A stretch of 64,000 bases of DNA, taken from Candidatus Puniceispirillum sp. (lineage in GTDB: Bacteria > Pseudomonadota > Alphaproteobacteria > Caedimonadales > UBA1908). A program made the position numbers and the translations under genes. Numbering within the stretch: the stretch's first letter is position 1; each line of letters begins with the position of its first letter. The notes beneath the pieces are model-generated. The model did no database searches. It had not been told where the DNA came from and saw only the letters and a list, made by a program, of their open reading frames with translations. The stretch is taken from NCBI GenBank assembly GCA_013822015.1, contig PNJU01000002.1, positions 192,500 to 256,499 on the forward strand, read 5' to 3'. This document shows positions 45,957-54,809 of this stretch, piece by piece.

Positions 45957-47156
45957 TTATGACGCAATGCTGTCAAAGGCAGCCTTTGCTGTGAGCACTG
46001 CACGCCTTGGCGCACCACTGCTAACAAGTGCTTGCCAATTGCGATACGCATCTTGCTTTTCTGGACTTGCGGCCAGCAACTCAGAGGGAAGCGCAATAGC
46101 AGGTGCAGAAGAGCTGCTGGATGACGCTGACGCTGTGGTTGTTGTGCGTGTCGTCGTTGTCACAACCGGGCGAGCCAACGTTGCCAAAAGGTTAGGCAGA
46201 TCTGCGGCTAACTCTGTGCTTGAAGCATAATCAGCGTGACCAGCTGCGTTCCTTAAAACGTTTACAGCATCAAGAATCAAACGAACTTCGTCAGATTGCT
46301 TAACGTGAGCTGCTTGTAGTCTACCAAGTTGCCTTGCAGCATCATCACGCTCAGCTGTCATGTCATCAAGAGCTCGTTGTGTTGGACGTGCATCACGCTC
46401 AGCTGTCATGTCATCAAGAGCTTGTTGTGTTGGACGTGCATCACGCTCAGCTGTCATGTCATCAAGAGCTTGTTGTGTTGGACGTGCATCACGCTCAGCT
46501 GTCATGTCATCAAGAGCTCGTTGTGTTGGACGTGCATCACGCTCAGCTGTCATGTCATCAAGAGCTTGTTGTGTTGGACGTGCGAGCAACAGTTGGTAAG
46601 CAGCTGATGTTGGATCAATGCGCGCATCACGCTCAGCTGTCATGTCATCAAGAGCTTCTTGTGTTGGACGTGCGGCAAGTTCCGCTGTCAAAGATGTAAT
46701 CCTATCCTCTGCACGGACATTCTCCACGAACAGACCCAGAACAACCTTGTTGATTTCGTCGGTCATGTCAACATCTGGCTCGGTAGCTTTCACATTTGGA
46801 ACCAAGTGCCCTGCCACGTTAAGAGAAAGAACCGTCTTGGCCACTGGAGGAGCAAGGGGATCTGCGTTATCAAACACATTAACTACGCCTGCGCCGCCGG
46901 TGCGATCAACTGTCACTTCCAGAGGAGCTTGAACCTTCCTCAACAAAGCTGCGTATGCGTCTTGTACACCATCTGTATATTCCTCAGCACCTGTAATGTC
47001 TGTGAGGATTTGCTGTGCAGCGCCTGGGTCTAGCGCATAAGCTGTTTTAGTTCCATTCCAAAGGTCTGCCAAATCTTGATCGTGTGCAGTTGCGAAAAGA
47101 TTGCCGCTGACAAGGGCTGTGGCCACGAGGACGGCCTTCATAAATTTATTTTGCAT
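45957..47156 (-). CDS. Secreted repeat protein, family D member 1 (399 aa) with 16-aa tandem repeats
   Basis: Leader MQNKFMKAVLVATALVSGNLFATA. Central repeats (RPTQxALDDMTAERDA) x5 plus 1. The C-terminal part includes poly-Thr and poly-Ser runs (TTTTRTTTTASASSSSSS). Confidence 0.75.
   Translation of the reverse strand: MQNKFMKAVLVATALVSGNLFATAHDQDLADLWNGTKTAYALDPGAAQQILTDITGAEEYTDGVQDAYAALLRKVQAPLEVTVDRTGGAGVVNVFDNADPLAPPVAKTVLSLNVAGHLVPNVKATEPDVDMTDEINKVVLGLFVENVRAEDRITSLTAELAARPTQEALDDMTAERDARIDPTSAAYQLLLARPTQQALDDMTAERDARPTQRALDDMTAERDARPTQQALDDMTAERDARPTQQALDDMTAERDARPTQRALDDMTAERDDAARQLGRLQAAHVKQSDEVRLILDAVNVLRNAAGHADYASSTELAADLPNLLATLARPVVTTTTRTTTTASASSSSSSAPAIALPSELLAASPEKQDAYRNWQALVSSGAPRRAVLTAKAAFDSIAS
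46344..46673 (-). repeat. 48-bp in-frame tandem repeat (5 contiguous units 46344-46583, plus a 6th at 46626-46673)
   Basis: The unit atcacgctcagctgtcatgtcatcaagagct[c/t]gttgtgttggacgtgc starts at 46344, 46392, 46440, 46488 and 46536. The units differ only at the one c/t position (Arg vs Gln). The sixth unit follows a 42-nt degenerate spacer. Confidence 0.92.
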
Positions 47157-47469
47157 TCAAAATTCTCCTTCATTGCAAAATCGCAGGTCTGTTGGAATAT
47201 CCCATTCATCACTGCTTAGCTTGTCATATAGGATCTCAAACGCCAATCTGTCAACATATATTTTTAAGAAGAGACCATAAACGTATTAAACACATAACGT
47301 TTCTTTGTGTTTTGTTTATTGTGTCTGCCTCATTGGACAAAAATATTTCATTTTCAAAAATGAACAGTATGACGATCCGTCCCAGCGGGATGTTTGATCC
47401 CCGGTGACTCAGCGGGCCCGTGCCGCGGTAAAAGCACATACACAATCGCTTACAAAGAGCATCTGACAG

Positions 47470-47540
47470 TGGAGCATCAAAAGAAAGAGTTAGACCTAGT
47501 ACAGGCAAGCGACCAGGTTGTGGGGGGATACATCTTCTGC
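47470..47540 (+). pseudogene. Relic of the 5' end of the downstream APC permease gene
   Basis: caaaagaaagagttagacctagtacaggcaagcg (encoding QKKELDLVQAS) matches caaaagaaagagttaggccttgtgcaggcaagtg (QKKELGLVQAS) at 48625-48658. The similarity decays on both sides, and no long ORF with permease TM segments follows. Confidence 0.45.
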
Positions 47541-47677
47541 GCTGGGCGCCGACTTGTGCAGCCCGCACTCGCGCACCAAGCAGCAAGCGTATGGCGTAGT
47601 GAGCGCTGGAATGGATACCTGGAGAGCGGCCAGTGCGTTTCTCCAGGCGATCCTACTTGTGATGGGCCTGCCCGAAG

Positions 47678-48331
47678 CTAGTTGCGCTCTGCTTCAAGTG
47701 CCAGAAAGCGTGCGTGATTGGTTTTAGCGACCTCTTCTCTTTCAGAAAGCTGCTGGCGTACCAGGATGAGTTCGGCCTGTAGGGCTGCCAATTCTAAAGG
47801 CGTAATATTGGCCCGCGCATCTCGCTGTGCAACAACTGTGTCACGTTCGTCTGTCAAGGCAACAATCTGAGCAACAAGGGTATTGATAGTTTCATTCCCA
47901 TGAACATTGTCCATAAACAAACCCAACACGGCCTTGTTCATTTCGTCGGTCATGTCATCATTTATCGTGGGATTTTACTAATTTGGAACCAAGTGCTGTT
48001 CCACCGCAAGAGACAGAAGGATCGTGAGCGGATACCAGTCAGTGTCTTGAGTTGCAACAGCCACGCCCGCGCCCAACGAGCGATCAACTGTCACAGGAAA
48101 GCCGTGAACGCGTGTCAACAAAGCGGCGTATGCGTCTTGTACACCATCTGTATATTCCTCAGCACTTGTAATGTCTGTGAGGATTTGCTTTGCAGCGCCT
48201 GGGGCTAGCTCATAAGCTGTTTTAGCTCCGCCCCAAAGCTCTGCGAAGTCTTGTTCGTGCGTGCTGGCGAAAAGGTTTCCGCTAACAAGGGCTGTCGCCA
48301 CGAGAACGGCCCTCATAAACTTACATTGCAT
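47678..48331 (-). pseudogene. Family D member 2, interrupted by in-frame TAG-TAA
   Basis: The N-terminal part (MQCKFMRAVLVATALVSGNLFAST...HLVPN) and the downstream part (..NPTINDDMTDEMNKAVLGLFMDNV...) are in the same frame. They are separated by TAG TAA at 47972-47977, where member 1 has GTG AAA (HLVPNVKATEPDVDMTDE). A ~100-nt block in the 5' region is near-identical to member 1. Confidence 0.65.
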
Positions 48332-48552
48332 CTTTTGTTTCTCCGACGTTGTAAAAATCTAGAGGCCGGGCGTGCCTGCCCAGACCGTGGGTCTTTAGCA
48401 CACAGGCACATGTTCACTGTCAAATTAAGAATTAACATGAAAATATACACGAGGTTTTACAGGATATATTATATAAGAACAACATGATCTCTATCATCAT
48501 TTTTTCCATCTGTCTGGCAAACGCTTACACTTGGGTAGAGCTTTTATCATAG

Positions 48553-49935
48553 GTGACAGGGGGCGCGGGTGCGGCTATAAAGGCTTCATGGGAAACGAAT
48601 GAGAAGATTGCCCCCGTGGAGCGACAAAAGAAAGAGTTAGGCCTTGTGCAGGCAAGTGCCCTGGTGGTGGGCAACATGGTGGGGGCCGGCGTCTTTTTAC
48701 TGCCCACAACCATTGCCGTCTTTGGGTCAGTTGGCCTTTTGGGGTGGGGTCTGACGACCCTGGGCGCCATTTTCCTAAGCCTTGTTTTTGCCCGCCTTTC
48801 AAAGAGATACCCTCAAACGGGCGGGCCCTATGTTTACGCCAGGGCCGCCTTTGGGGATTTTGTGGGATTCCAGGTGGGATGGAGTTATTGGATCTCTATC
48901 TGGGTCAGCAATAGCGCGGTCACCATTGCGCTAGTCAGCTTCCTGTCCGCCCTTTTTCCCGTTCTTGATAGCCACCCCCTTTATAGCCTGGGCACCGCCC
49001 TCTTTTTCGTGTGGGGGTTGACGTTTGTGAACTGTGTGAGCCTGCGCACCGTGGGCGATATCCAGGTCCTGACAACGCTTTTAAAGATCCTGCCCCTCAT
49101 TGCGCTGTGCATCGTTGGCTTTTTGGAGGTTGAGGCGGCGAACTTTACGCCCTTCCTGCGTGAGAACACAACCTTTCTTCAAGGGCTTTCCGGCGCGGCG
49201 GCCCTCACGCTTTTCTCCTTCATGGGCCTTGAGTCCGCAACGGTCCCGGCCGAGCGCATCAAGGACCCCGAGCGCACCATCCCCTTGGCCACCATCCTTG
49301 GCACGTGTTTGACCGCCATCCTTTACATTGGATCAGCCGCAGCCGTCATCGGCATTTTGGGTGTGGAGGCAACGGCAGCGGACCCGGCCGCCTTTGCCAC
49401 CGCCAGTGGAAAGGCCCTGGGGCCCTGGGCCCTGCCCCTGGTGGCCATCACCGCCGCCATTTCTTCCTTCGGGGGCCTCAATGGCTGGATTCTCCTCCAA
49501 GGGCAAATCGCCATGGCAACGGCCAATGACGGCCTTTTCCCTCAGTTCTTTGCAAAGATGTCTTCAAAGGGTCTTCCCGTTGTGGGGCTTCTGATCTCCG
49601 CCACCTTTGTGTCCGTGCTTTTATACCTGAACTATGAGACGGGCCTTGCTCAGCAACTGCGTTTTTTGGTGACCCTCACCACCTTTGCGGTGCTCCTACC
49701 TTACCTCTATGCCAGCGCGGCGGAGCTGTATTTTCATCTGAAAGAGCGCCACTGTACGCCTGAAAAGTATCCCGTGCGCCACCTTGTTGTCACGGTGCTG
49801 GCCCTCACCTACGCTTTTACAACCTTTGGGGGCGCGGGCGAGGAAATTGTGTACTTCGGGACATTCCTGATTTTTAGCGGCATTCCCGTTTACGTTTGGA
49901 TGAAAACCCGTCCGTCTACGTGCGATGAGAAATAA
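48553..49935 (+). CDS. APC-superfamily amino acid/polyamine antiporter (start uncertain; possibly the GTG at VERQKK)
   Basis: About 12 TM segments. LGLVQASALVVGNMVGAGVFLLPTTIAVFG resembles the basic amino acid/polyamine antiporter (AdiC/PotE/ArcD-type) N-terminal signature. Confidence 0.85.
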   Translation: MTGGAGAAIKASWETNEKIAPVERQKKELGLVQASALVVGNMVGAGVFLLPTTIAVFGSVGLLGWGLTTLGAIFLSLVFARLSKRYPQTGGPYVYARAAFGDFVGFQVGWSYWISIWVSNSAVTIALVSFLSALFPVLDSHPLYSLGTALFFVWGLTFVNCVSLRTVGDIQVLTTLLKILPLIALCIVGFLEVEAANFTPFLRENTTFLQGLSGAAALTLFSFMGLESATVPAERIKDPERTIPLATILGTCLTAILYIGSAAAVIGILGVEATAADPAAFATASGKALGPWALPLVAITAAISSFGGLNGWILLQGQIAMATANDGLFPQFFAKMSSKGLPVVGLLISATFVSVLLYLNYETGLAQQLRFLVTLTTFAVLLPYLYASAAELYFHLKERHCTPEKYPVRHLVVTVLALTYAFTTFGGAGEEIVYFGTFLIFSGIPVYVWMKTRPSTCDEK

Positions 49936-51095
49936 CGCGTTAAAATACCTTCGTAAAGACGCGCGAGGGTCTCAAGATCACCCACGGCCACACGCTCATT
50001 GATCTGGTGCATGGTGTGTTCAAAAAGTCCCAACTCCAAGACTGGGCACATGTGGCGAATGAAGCGCGCGTCTGAAGTTGCGCCACGTGTGGTCAGGTGC
50101 GGGGTTACATCCAAACACTCCTTAGTTGCTGCCACAACCATGTCGGTCAGAGGCCCCGGCTCCATGGCTTCGGCCACGCCGCTCAGTTGCAAATCAAGGG
50201 TATGTTGGCCACCAAGACGCGCACATGTTTGGCGCAGCCACTCTTCCAGGGACGTGTGGGACTGCTGATCACTGAAGCGAATATTAAAGCGCGCCGACGC
50301 GCTGCCAGGAATCAGGTTTACCGTGGGATTGCCCACATCAACGCTGGTGATCTCGAGACGCGTCGGTTCAAACAAGGCGCTGGCCTTCTCCTGCGGTCCT
50401 TGGGAGAGTGCAAGAAGCGTATCAAGAAGTCTTGGCACAGGATTGTCCGCTTTGCTGGGAAACGCCACGTGCCCCTGCGTCCCAAAGACTTGCAGGACGC
50501 CATTGAGGCTGCCGCGCCGGCCGATCTTGACGTGGTCCCCCAGATGCGTGCAAGAGGTCGGCTCACCCACAAGGCAAAAGTCCGGCTTCTCCCCGCGCGC
50601 CTCAAGCCAGGCAATGATCTTGGGCGTTCCGTTGATGCCGGTTGCCTCTTCGTCGCCCGTAATCATAAAACTAATCGCAACGTGATCGGGATTGGCACTT
50701 TGGACAAAGCGGGCAAAAGCGCTTACGAAGGACGCGATAGCGCCCTTCATGTCCACGGCGCCCCTGCCCCACACACATCCGTCCTCAAGGGCGCCAGAAA
50801 AGGGAGGATAGAGCCAGCGGCGCATGTCACCGGCTGGCACAACATCCGTGTGTCCCGCAAAACAAAAATGGGGACTGCCCCGCCCCCATTTTGCAAAGAG
50901 ATTATGTGTGATAGGTCCGCCGTCCCCTTCAAACACAAGAGGGAAAACCTCGCATCCAAGGCCTGAGAGCACTTCTTGTAAAAGCAAAAGCGCCCCCCCC
51001 TCATGGGGAGTGACGCTTTCACATGTGATCAGCTGCCTTGTCAGGTGAACAAGGCCCTCACTTGTTAAAAGAGAGGAGGCCTCAAATTTTTCCAT
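49890..51095 (-). CDS. dapE: Succinyl-diaminopimelate desuccinylase (M20 peptidase)
   Basis: The ATG at 51095 gives [10 protein letters not shown]...[15 protein letters not shown]...[11 protein letters not shown]...W.YPPF...GRGAVDMKG. The start overlaps the secA stop by 14 nt, and the track start at 51176 lies inside secA. Confidence 0.9.
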   Translation of the reverse strand: MEKFEASSLLTSEGLVHLTRQLITCESVTPHEGGALLLLQEVLSGLGCEVFPLVFEGDGGPITHNLFAKWGRGSPHFCFAGHTDVVPAGDMRRWLYPPFSGALEDGCVWGRGAVDMKGAIASFVSAFARFVQSANPDHVAISFMITGDEEATGINGTPKIIAWLEARGEKPDFCLVGEPTSCTHLGDHVKIGRRGSLNGVLQVFGTQGHVAFPSKADNPVPRLLDTLLALSQGPQEKASALFEPTRLEITSVDVGNPTVNLIPGSASARFNIRFSDQQSHTSLEEWLRQTCARLGGQHTLDLQLSGVAEAMEPGPLTDMVVAATKECLDVTPHLTTRGATSDARFIRHMCPVLELGLFEHTMHQINERVAVGDLETLARLYEGILTRYFSSHVDGRVFIQT

Positions 51096-53817
51096 GGCAC
51101 TGCTTGTACCTTCTGCCGGACCCGCAAGGACACAGAGCATTTCGGCTGGCGGGTGGCGCAATGGGCCCGCCCACACTCACATGAAAGTGCTCCTTAGGTT
51201 CAGACGCTGGCTTTTGACTCAGCACATTTTCTGACTCTGGTGCACCCAGAGCCTGGGTCTCATCAGCACCTTGTAGTGTGAGTGCGCTCTCTTCAAAGGC
51301 GACATCTTCATAGTCATCCTCAAAGCTCGCGGGGGCCGCGTTTTCCTCAAACTGAAGATGGGACAAGGCCGTCACCACCATTTCACGCACGCGTCCCAGC
51401 ATCTCCTGAAACTGCAAAAACGCTTCGTGCTTGTATTCATTCAAAGGATCGCGCTGGGCGTAGGCGCGCAAGTTAATCCCTTGACGCAGGTGATCAAGCG
51501 CCAAAAGGTGCTCCTTCCATGCCTGGTCCAGAACCCGCAAAAGAATGCTCTTCTCAGCCGCACGCATGACATGGGCACCGTAGTTGCGTTCTTTACCTTC
51601 CATTTTCTTGGAAAGGGCGTCCATGAGGCGGTCTTGGATTTCGCCTTCGGCAATCCCCTCTTCCTCTGCCCATTTGGCCACAGGCAAATCGAGGTTCAGA
51701 ACCCGCAGCGCCTCCTCATGGAGGGTACTTGTATCCCACTGGTCCGCGTACGCTCCATCAGGGATACACCTGCCCACCAAGCTCTCCACCACATCCTCTT
51801 GCATGGCCAAGACTTCTTCGCTGGCATCCTCGGTATCCATCAGCTCTCGGCGCTGACCGTAAATCACTTTACGTTGATCGTTCATCACATCGTCGTACTT
51901 GAGAAGATGCTTACGGATGTCATAGTTCCTGGCTTCAACCTTCTGCTGGGCGCGCTCAAGGGCCTTGTTGATCCATTTGTGCACAATGGCCTCGCCTTCT
52001 TCAAGGCCAAGCTTTTGCAGCATACTATCAAGGCGCTCGGATCCGAAAATACGCATCAAATCATCTTCCAAAGACAGGAAGAAGCGCGAGCGTCCAGGAT
52101 CGCCTTGTCGACCAGAGCGACCTCGCAGCTGGTTATCAATACGCCTACTTTCGTGGCGCTCGGTACCCAACACGAAAAGGCCGCCTGACTCTTTCACGAG
52201 GCGTTCTGCTTCCTTCACCTGGGCCCGGATCTTGGCCTCAATTTCGGCGCGTTTTGCCTCGTCTTCAACGCCTTGGAGCGCTTCTTCTAGCAGAGCGTCC
52301 ACGTTACCACCCAGCTTAATGTCCGTACCACGACCCGCCATGTTGGTGGCAACGGTCACAGCACCTGGCGCGCCTGCCTGGGAAATAATCTTTGCCTCTT
52401 GTTCGTGATAGCGCGCGTTAAGCACCTGGTGGGGGATGCCCGCCTGTGTCAAAAGCTTTGATGCAAGCTCGGATTTCTCGATGCTGGTCGTGCCCACTAA
52501 AACGGGTTGTTGACGCTCGCGGCACTCTTGAATCAGCTTGATGATGGCTTCGTACTTCTCCCGGGCCGTCCGGTAAACCTCATCGTCCTGGTCAATACGC
52601 GCCAGCGGCACGTTGGTGGGCACGTTCACAACTTCAAGCTTGTAAATGTCCCCAAGCTCAGACGCCTCGGTCATGGCCGTACCGGTCATACCGGACAGCT
52701 TTGCGTAAAGACGGAAATAGTTCTGGAACGTGATGGAGGCAAGAGTCTGGTTCTCCATCTGAACCGTCACGCCTTCCTTGGCCTCAAGGGCTTGGTGCTG
52801 GCCTTCTGAGTAACGCCTTCCTTCCATCATACGTCCTGTAAACTCGTCGATGATAACGATCTTGTCGTCCTTCACGATGTAGTCTACGTCGCGTGTGAAA
52901 ACCACATGGGCGCGAAGGGCCTGGTTCACATGGTGCACAAGGGAAACGTTTTGTGGCTCGTACAAAGACTTGCCTTTAATGAGCCCCATGGTGGACAAAA
53001 GCTCTTCGATTTTTTCTGAACCTGCTTCGGTCAAAGTCACGGCGCGGGACTTTTCGTCCTTTTCGTAGTGCTCCGTGGTCAGATGGGGGATCACCGTGTT
53101 AATGATTTTATAGAGCTCAGATGAGTCCTCGGCCGGCCCTGAGATAATCAAAGGGGTTCTGGCCTCATCAATAAGAATGCTGTCCACCTCGTCCACGATG
53201 GCATAGTTAAAGTCACGCTGCACCATGTCTTGGCGGCGGAACTTCATGTTGTCGCGCAGGTAGTCAAAGCCCAGCTCGTTGTTGGTGCCATAGGTGATGT
53301 CACATGCGTACGCGTGACGTCTTTCCATGTCTGTCAGTTCATGGACAATACAGCCAACCTCAAGGCCTAGGAAGCGATGGACGCGTCCCATCCAGTCAGC
53401 GTCGCGCTTGGCCAAATAGTCGTTGACCGTCACCACGTGCACGCCTTTTCCTGTGAGGGCGTTCAGGTAGGACGGCAGGGTCGCCACAAGGGTTTTACCT
53501 TCACCGGTCATCATTTCCGCAACCATGCCCTTGTGCAGGATCATGCCGCCCATAAGCTGTACGTCAAAGTGGCGCATACCAAGCACGCGCTTGGAGGCTT
53601 CACGCACCACGGCAAAGGCTTCGGGCAAAATATCGTCTAGGGTTTGCCCATCAGACAAGCGATTCTTAAATTCGAAGGTCTTTTCACGCAACTCGGCGTC
53701 CGTTAACGCTTCAAAGGTGGGTTCATAGCTGTTAACGCGCTTCACAAGGGGCGCTAGCTTCTTGATTTCGCGCTCATTGGCACTCCCAAAAAGGCGTTTT
53801 AGAACATTTTCGAACAT
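51082..53817 (-). CDS. secA: Preprotein translocase ATPase SecA
   Basis: 911 aa; [14 protein letters not shown], the [19 protein letters not shown] motif and a C-terminal zinc finger [14 protein letters not shown]. Confidence 0.97.
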   Translation of the reverse strand: MFENVLKRLFGSANEREIKKLAPLVKRVNSYEPTFEALTDAELREKTFEFKNRLSDGQTLDDILPEAFAVVREASKRVLGMRHFDVQLMGGMILHKGMVAEMMTGEGKTLVATLPSYLNALTGKGVHVVTVNDYLAKRDADWMGRVHRFLGLEVGCIVHELTDMERRHAYACDITYGTNNELGFDYLRDNMKFRRQDMVQRDFNYAIVDEVDSILIDEARTPLIISGPAEDSSELYKIINTVIPHLTTEHYEKDEKSRAVTLTEAGSEKIEELLSTMGLIKGKSLYEPQNVSLVHHVNQALRAHVVFTRDVDYIVKDDKIVIIDEFTGRMMEGRRYSEGQHQALEAKEGVTVQMENQTLASITFQNYFRLYAKLSGMTGTAMTEASELGDIYKLEVVNVPTNVPLARIDQDDEVYRTAREKYEAIIKLIQECRERQQPVLVGTTSIEKSELASKLLTQAGIPHQVLNARYHEQEAKIISQAGAPGAVTVATNMAGRGTDIKLGGNVDALLEEALQGVEDEAKRAEIEAKIRAQVKEAERLVKESGGLFVLGTERHESRRIDNQLRGRSGRQGDPGRSRFFLSLEDDLMRIFGSERLDSMLQKLGLEEGEAIVHKWINKALERAQQKVEARNYDIRKHLLKYDDVMNDQRKVIYGQRRELMDTEDASEEVLAMQEDVVESLVGRCIPDGAYADQWDTSTLHEEALRVLNLDLPVAKWAEEEGIAEGEIQDRLMDALSKKMEGKERNYGAHVMRAAEKSILLRVLDQAWKEHLLALDHLRQGINLRAYAQRDPLNEYKHEAFLQFQEMLGRVREMVVTALSHLQFEENAAPASFEDDYEDVAFEESALTLQGADETQALGAPESENVLSQKPASEPKEHFHVSVGGPIAPPASRNALCPCGSGRRYKQCHGKI

Positions 53818-53869
53818 CAGGTAACCTCGGTTATAAAAAACTTAAATGCGCAAATTCGGTGGCAGTCTA

Positions 53870-54268
53870 TCACAGGTGCCTTCTTCTTTTATAGCCCCAC
53901 ATTCCCGCACAAACAAATAGAAAGATGAAGGGAGCGGTCCAAAGCACCAGGGTTTCCTTCTCCCAAGCAGGTTCAAAAAGGACTTCCTTGCCATAGGTGG
54001 CGGTGAGCGCGCTTAGGATAGAGGCGTCACTTGCCCCCCCCTCTACGGCCTGGCGGATAAAACGGCGCAAGTCTGTCGCAAGCCGCGCGTTGGAGTCGTC
54101 GATGCACTGACCTTGACAGGTTGGACATTTGACCTTAGCGCACAGGGCGCGCGCCCTGGCTTCTAGGTGTGGATCAGAAAGGGCCTCTCCCGCCTCCATG
54201 GCATGTGCGCCAGAAAAGACCAGGCACCCCACGGCAAACAAGAAAAAGATGAGGCACAGCCTATTCAT
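53870..54268 (-). CDS. ccmH: Cytochrome c-type biogenesis protein CcmH/CycL
   Basis: The ATG at 54268 gives MNRLCLIFFLFAVGCLVFSGAHA. Contains CPTCQGQCIDDSNARLATDLRRFI (CxxC plus the DS motif) and a C-terminal TM segment. The start overlaps the ccmG stop. Confidence 0.85.
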   Translation of the reverse strand: MNRLCLIFFLFAVGCLVFSGAHAMEAGEALSDPHLEARARALCAKVKCPTCQGQCIDDSNARLATDLRRFIRQAVEGGASDASILSALTATYGKEVLFEPAWEKETLVLWTAPFIFLFVCAGMWGYKRRRHL

Positions 54269-54809
54269 GGGTGCGTTTGGGAAGAAGAGGCAGAACGCTT
54301 TCACGCACGATCTCGTCCGTCAGCATGCCACTGTGCACAAACTGGACGATCCCTTGTGCGTCAACGACAAATAAAGACGGCGTCCCCAAAAGCGTCCACG
54401 CCTTAACGGATGCGCGCGTGTCGTCAAAAAGAACCTGGGAATAGGGACTGCCAACGGTGCCAAGCCACTTGGATGCAGCCTCACGGGTATCATGCACATT
54501 TATCCCAATGAAATCAAAATCATGGGTCTTCATGTAACCCGAAAGACCAAGCAGCATGCTGTGCTCATGTCGGGAGTAGCGACACCAGCTTGAGAAGAAA
54601 TTCAAAACGGTCACACGGTCCCTGGCTGGGAAGGTCACCTTCTGATGGGGCTTATCCAAAGCTGACAGCGTCAGAACTGGGGCCGGCTTCCCCTCTAGCT
54701 GTGTCGCACTTGGATTTGGATCCTTGTAAAAATCGAGGAAATAGCCAAGCACCAACAGCGCCACAACCACGACCGGTAAAAACAAAATATAACGCTTAAT
54801 GCCACTCAC
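54261..54809 (-). CDS. ccmG: Thiol:disulfide oxidoreductase CcmG/DsbE-like, with a CxxS active-site variant
   Basis: The GTG at 54809 overlaps the ccmF stop (GTGA). It has an N-terminal TM anchor (YILFLPVVVVALLVLGYFL) and a thioredoxin fold with VLNFFSSWCRYSRHEH where CcmG normally has WCxPC. It then continues GINVHD...LGTPSLFVVD. Confidence 0.85.
   Translation of the reverse strand: MSGIKRYILFLPVVVVALLVLGYFLDFYKDPNPSATQLEGKPAPVLTLSALDKPHQKVTFPARDRVTVLNFFSSWCRYSRHEHSMLLGLSGYMKTHDFDFIGINVHDTREAASKWLGTVGSPYSQVLFDDTRASVKAWTLLGTPSLFVVDAQGIVQFVHSGMLTDEIVRESVLPLLPKRTHE

Noticed and set aside
45775-46230. 151-aa + strand ORF
   Set aside because: It overlaps the 3' end and terminator hairpin of family D gene 1 on the opposite strand. 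It has no RBS or leader and is probably spurious.
46329-46699. Three overlapping + strand ORFs with 16-aa periodic sequences, and a possible CRISPR-like array
   Set aside because: The periodicity is the 48-bp coding tandem repeat of the minus-strand family D gene. The units are contiguous with no unique spacers, so this is not a CRISPR array, and no cas genes are present. The + strand ORFs are stop-free by repetition only.
47192-47681. Several 70-110-aa ORFs on both strands in the D1-D2 spacer
   Set aside because: This region is best explained as decayed intergenic sequence plus a relic of the permease 5' end. The ORFs have no RBS, and their only similarity is the ~12-aa QKKELDLVQAS relic.
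50097-50966. 289-aa + strand ORF, and the similar 276-aa ORF at 51358-52188
   Set aside because: These are antisense to dapE and secA respectively. Both sense genes are unambiguous, and the antisense products are R/H/G/K-rich with no recognisable domain.
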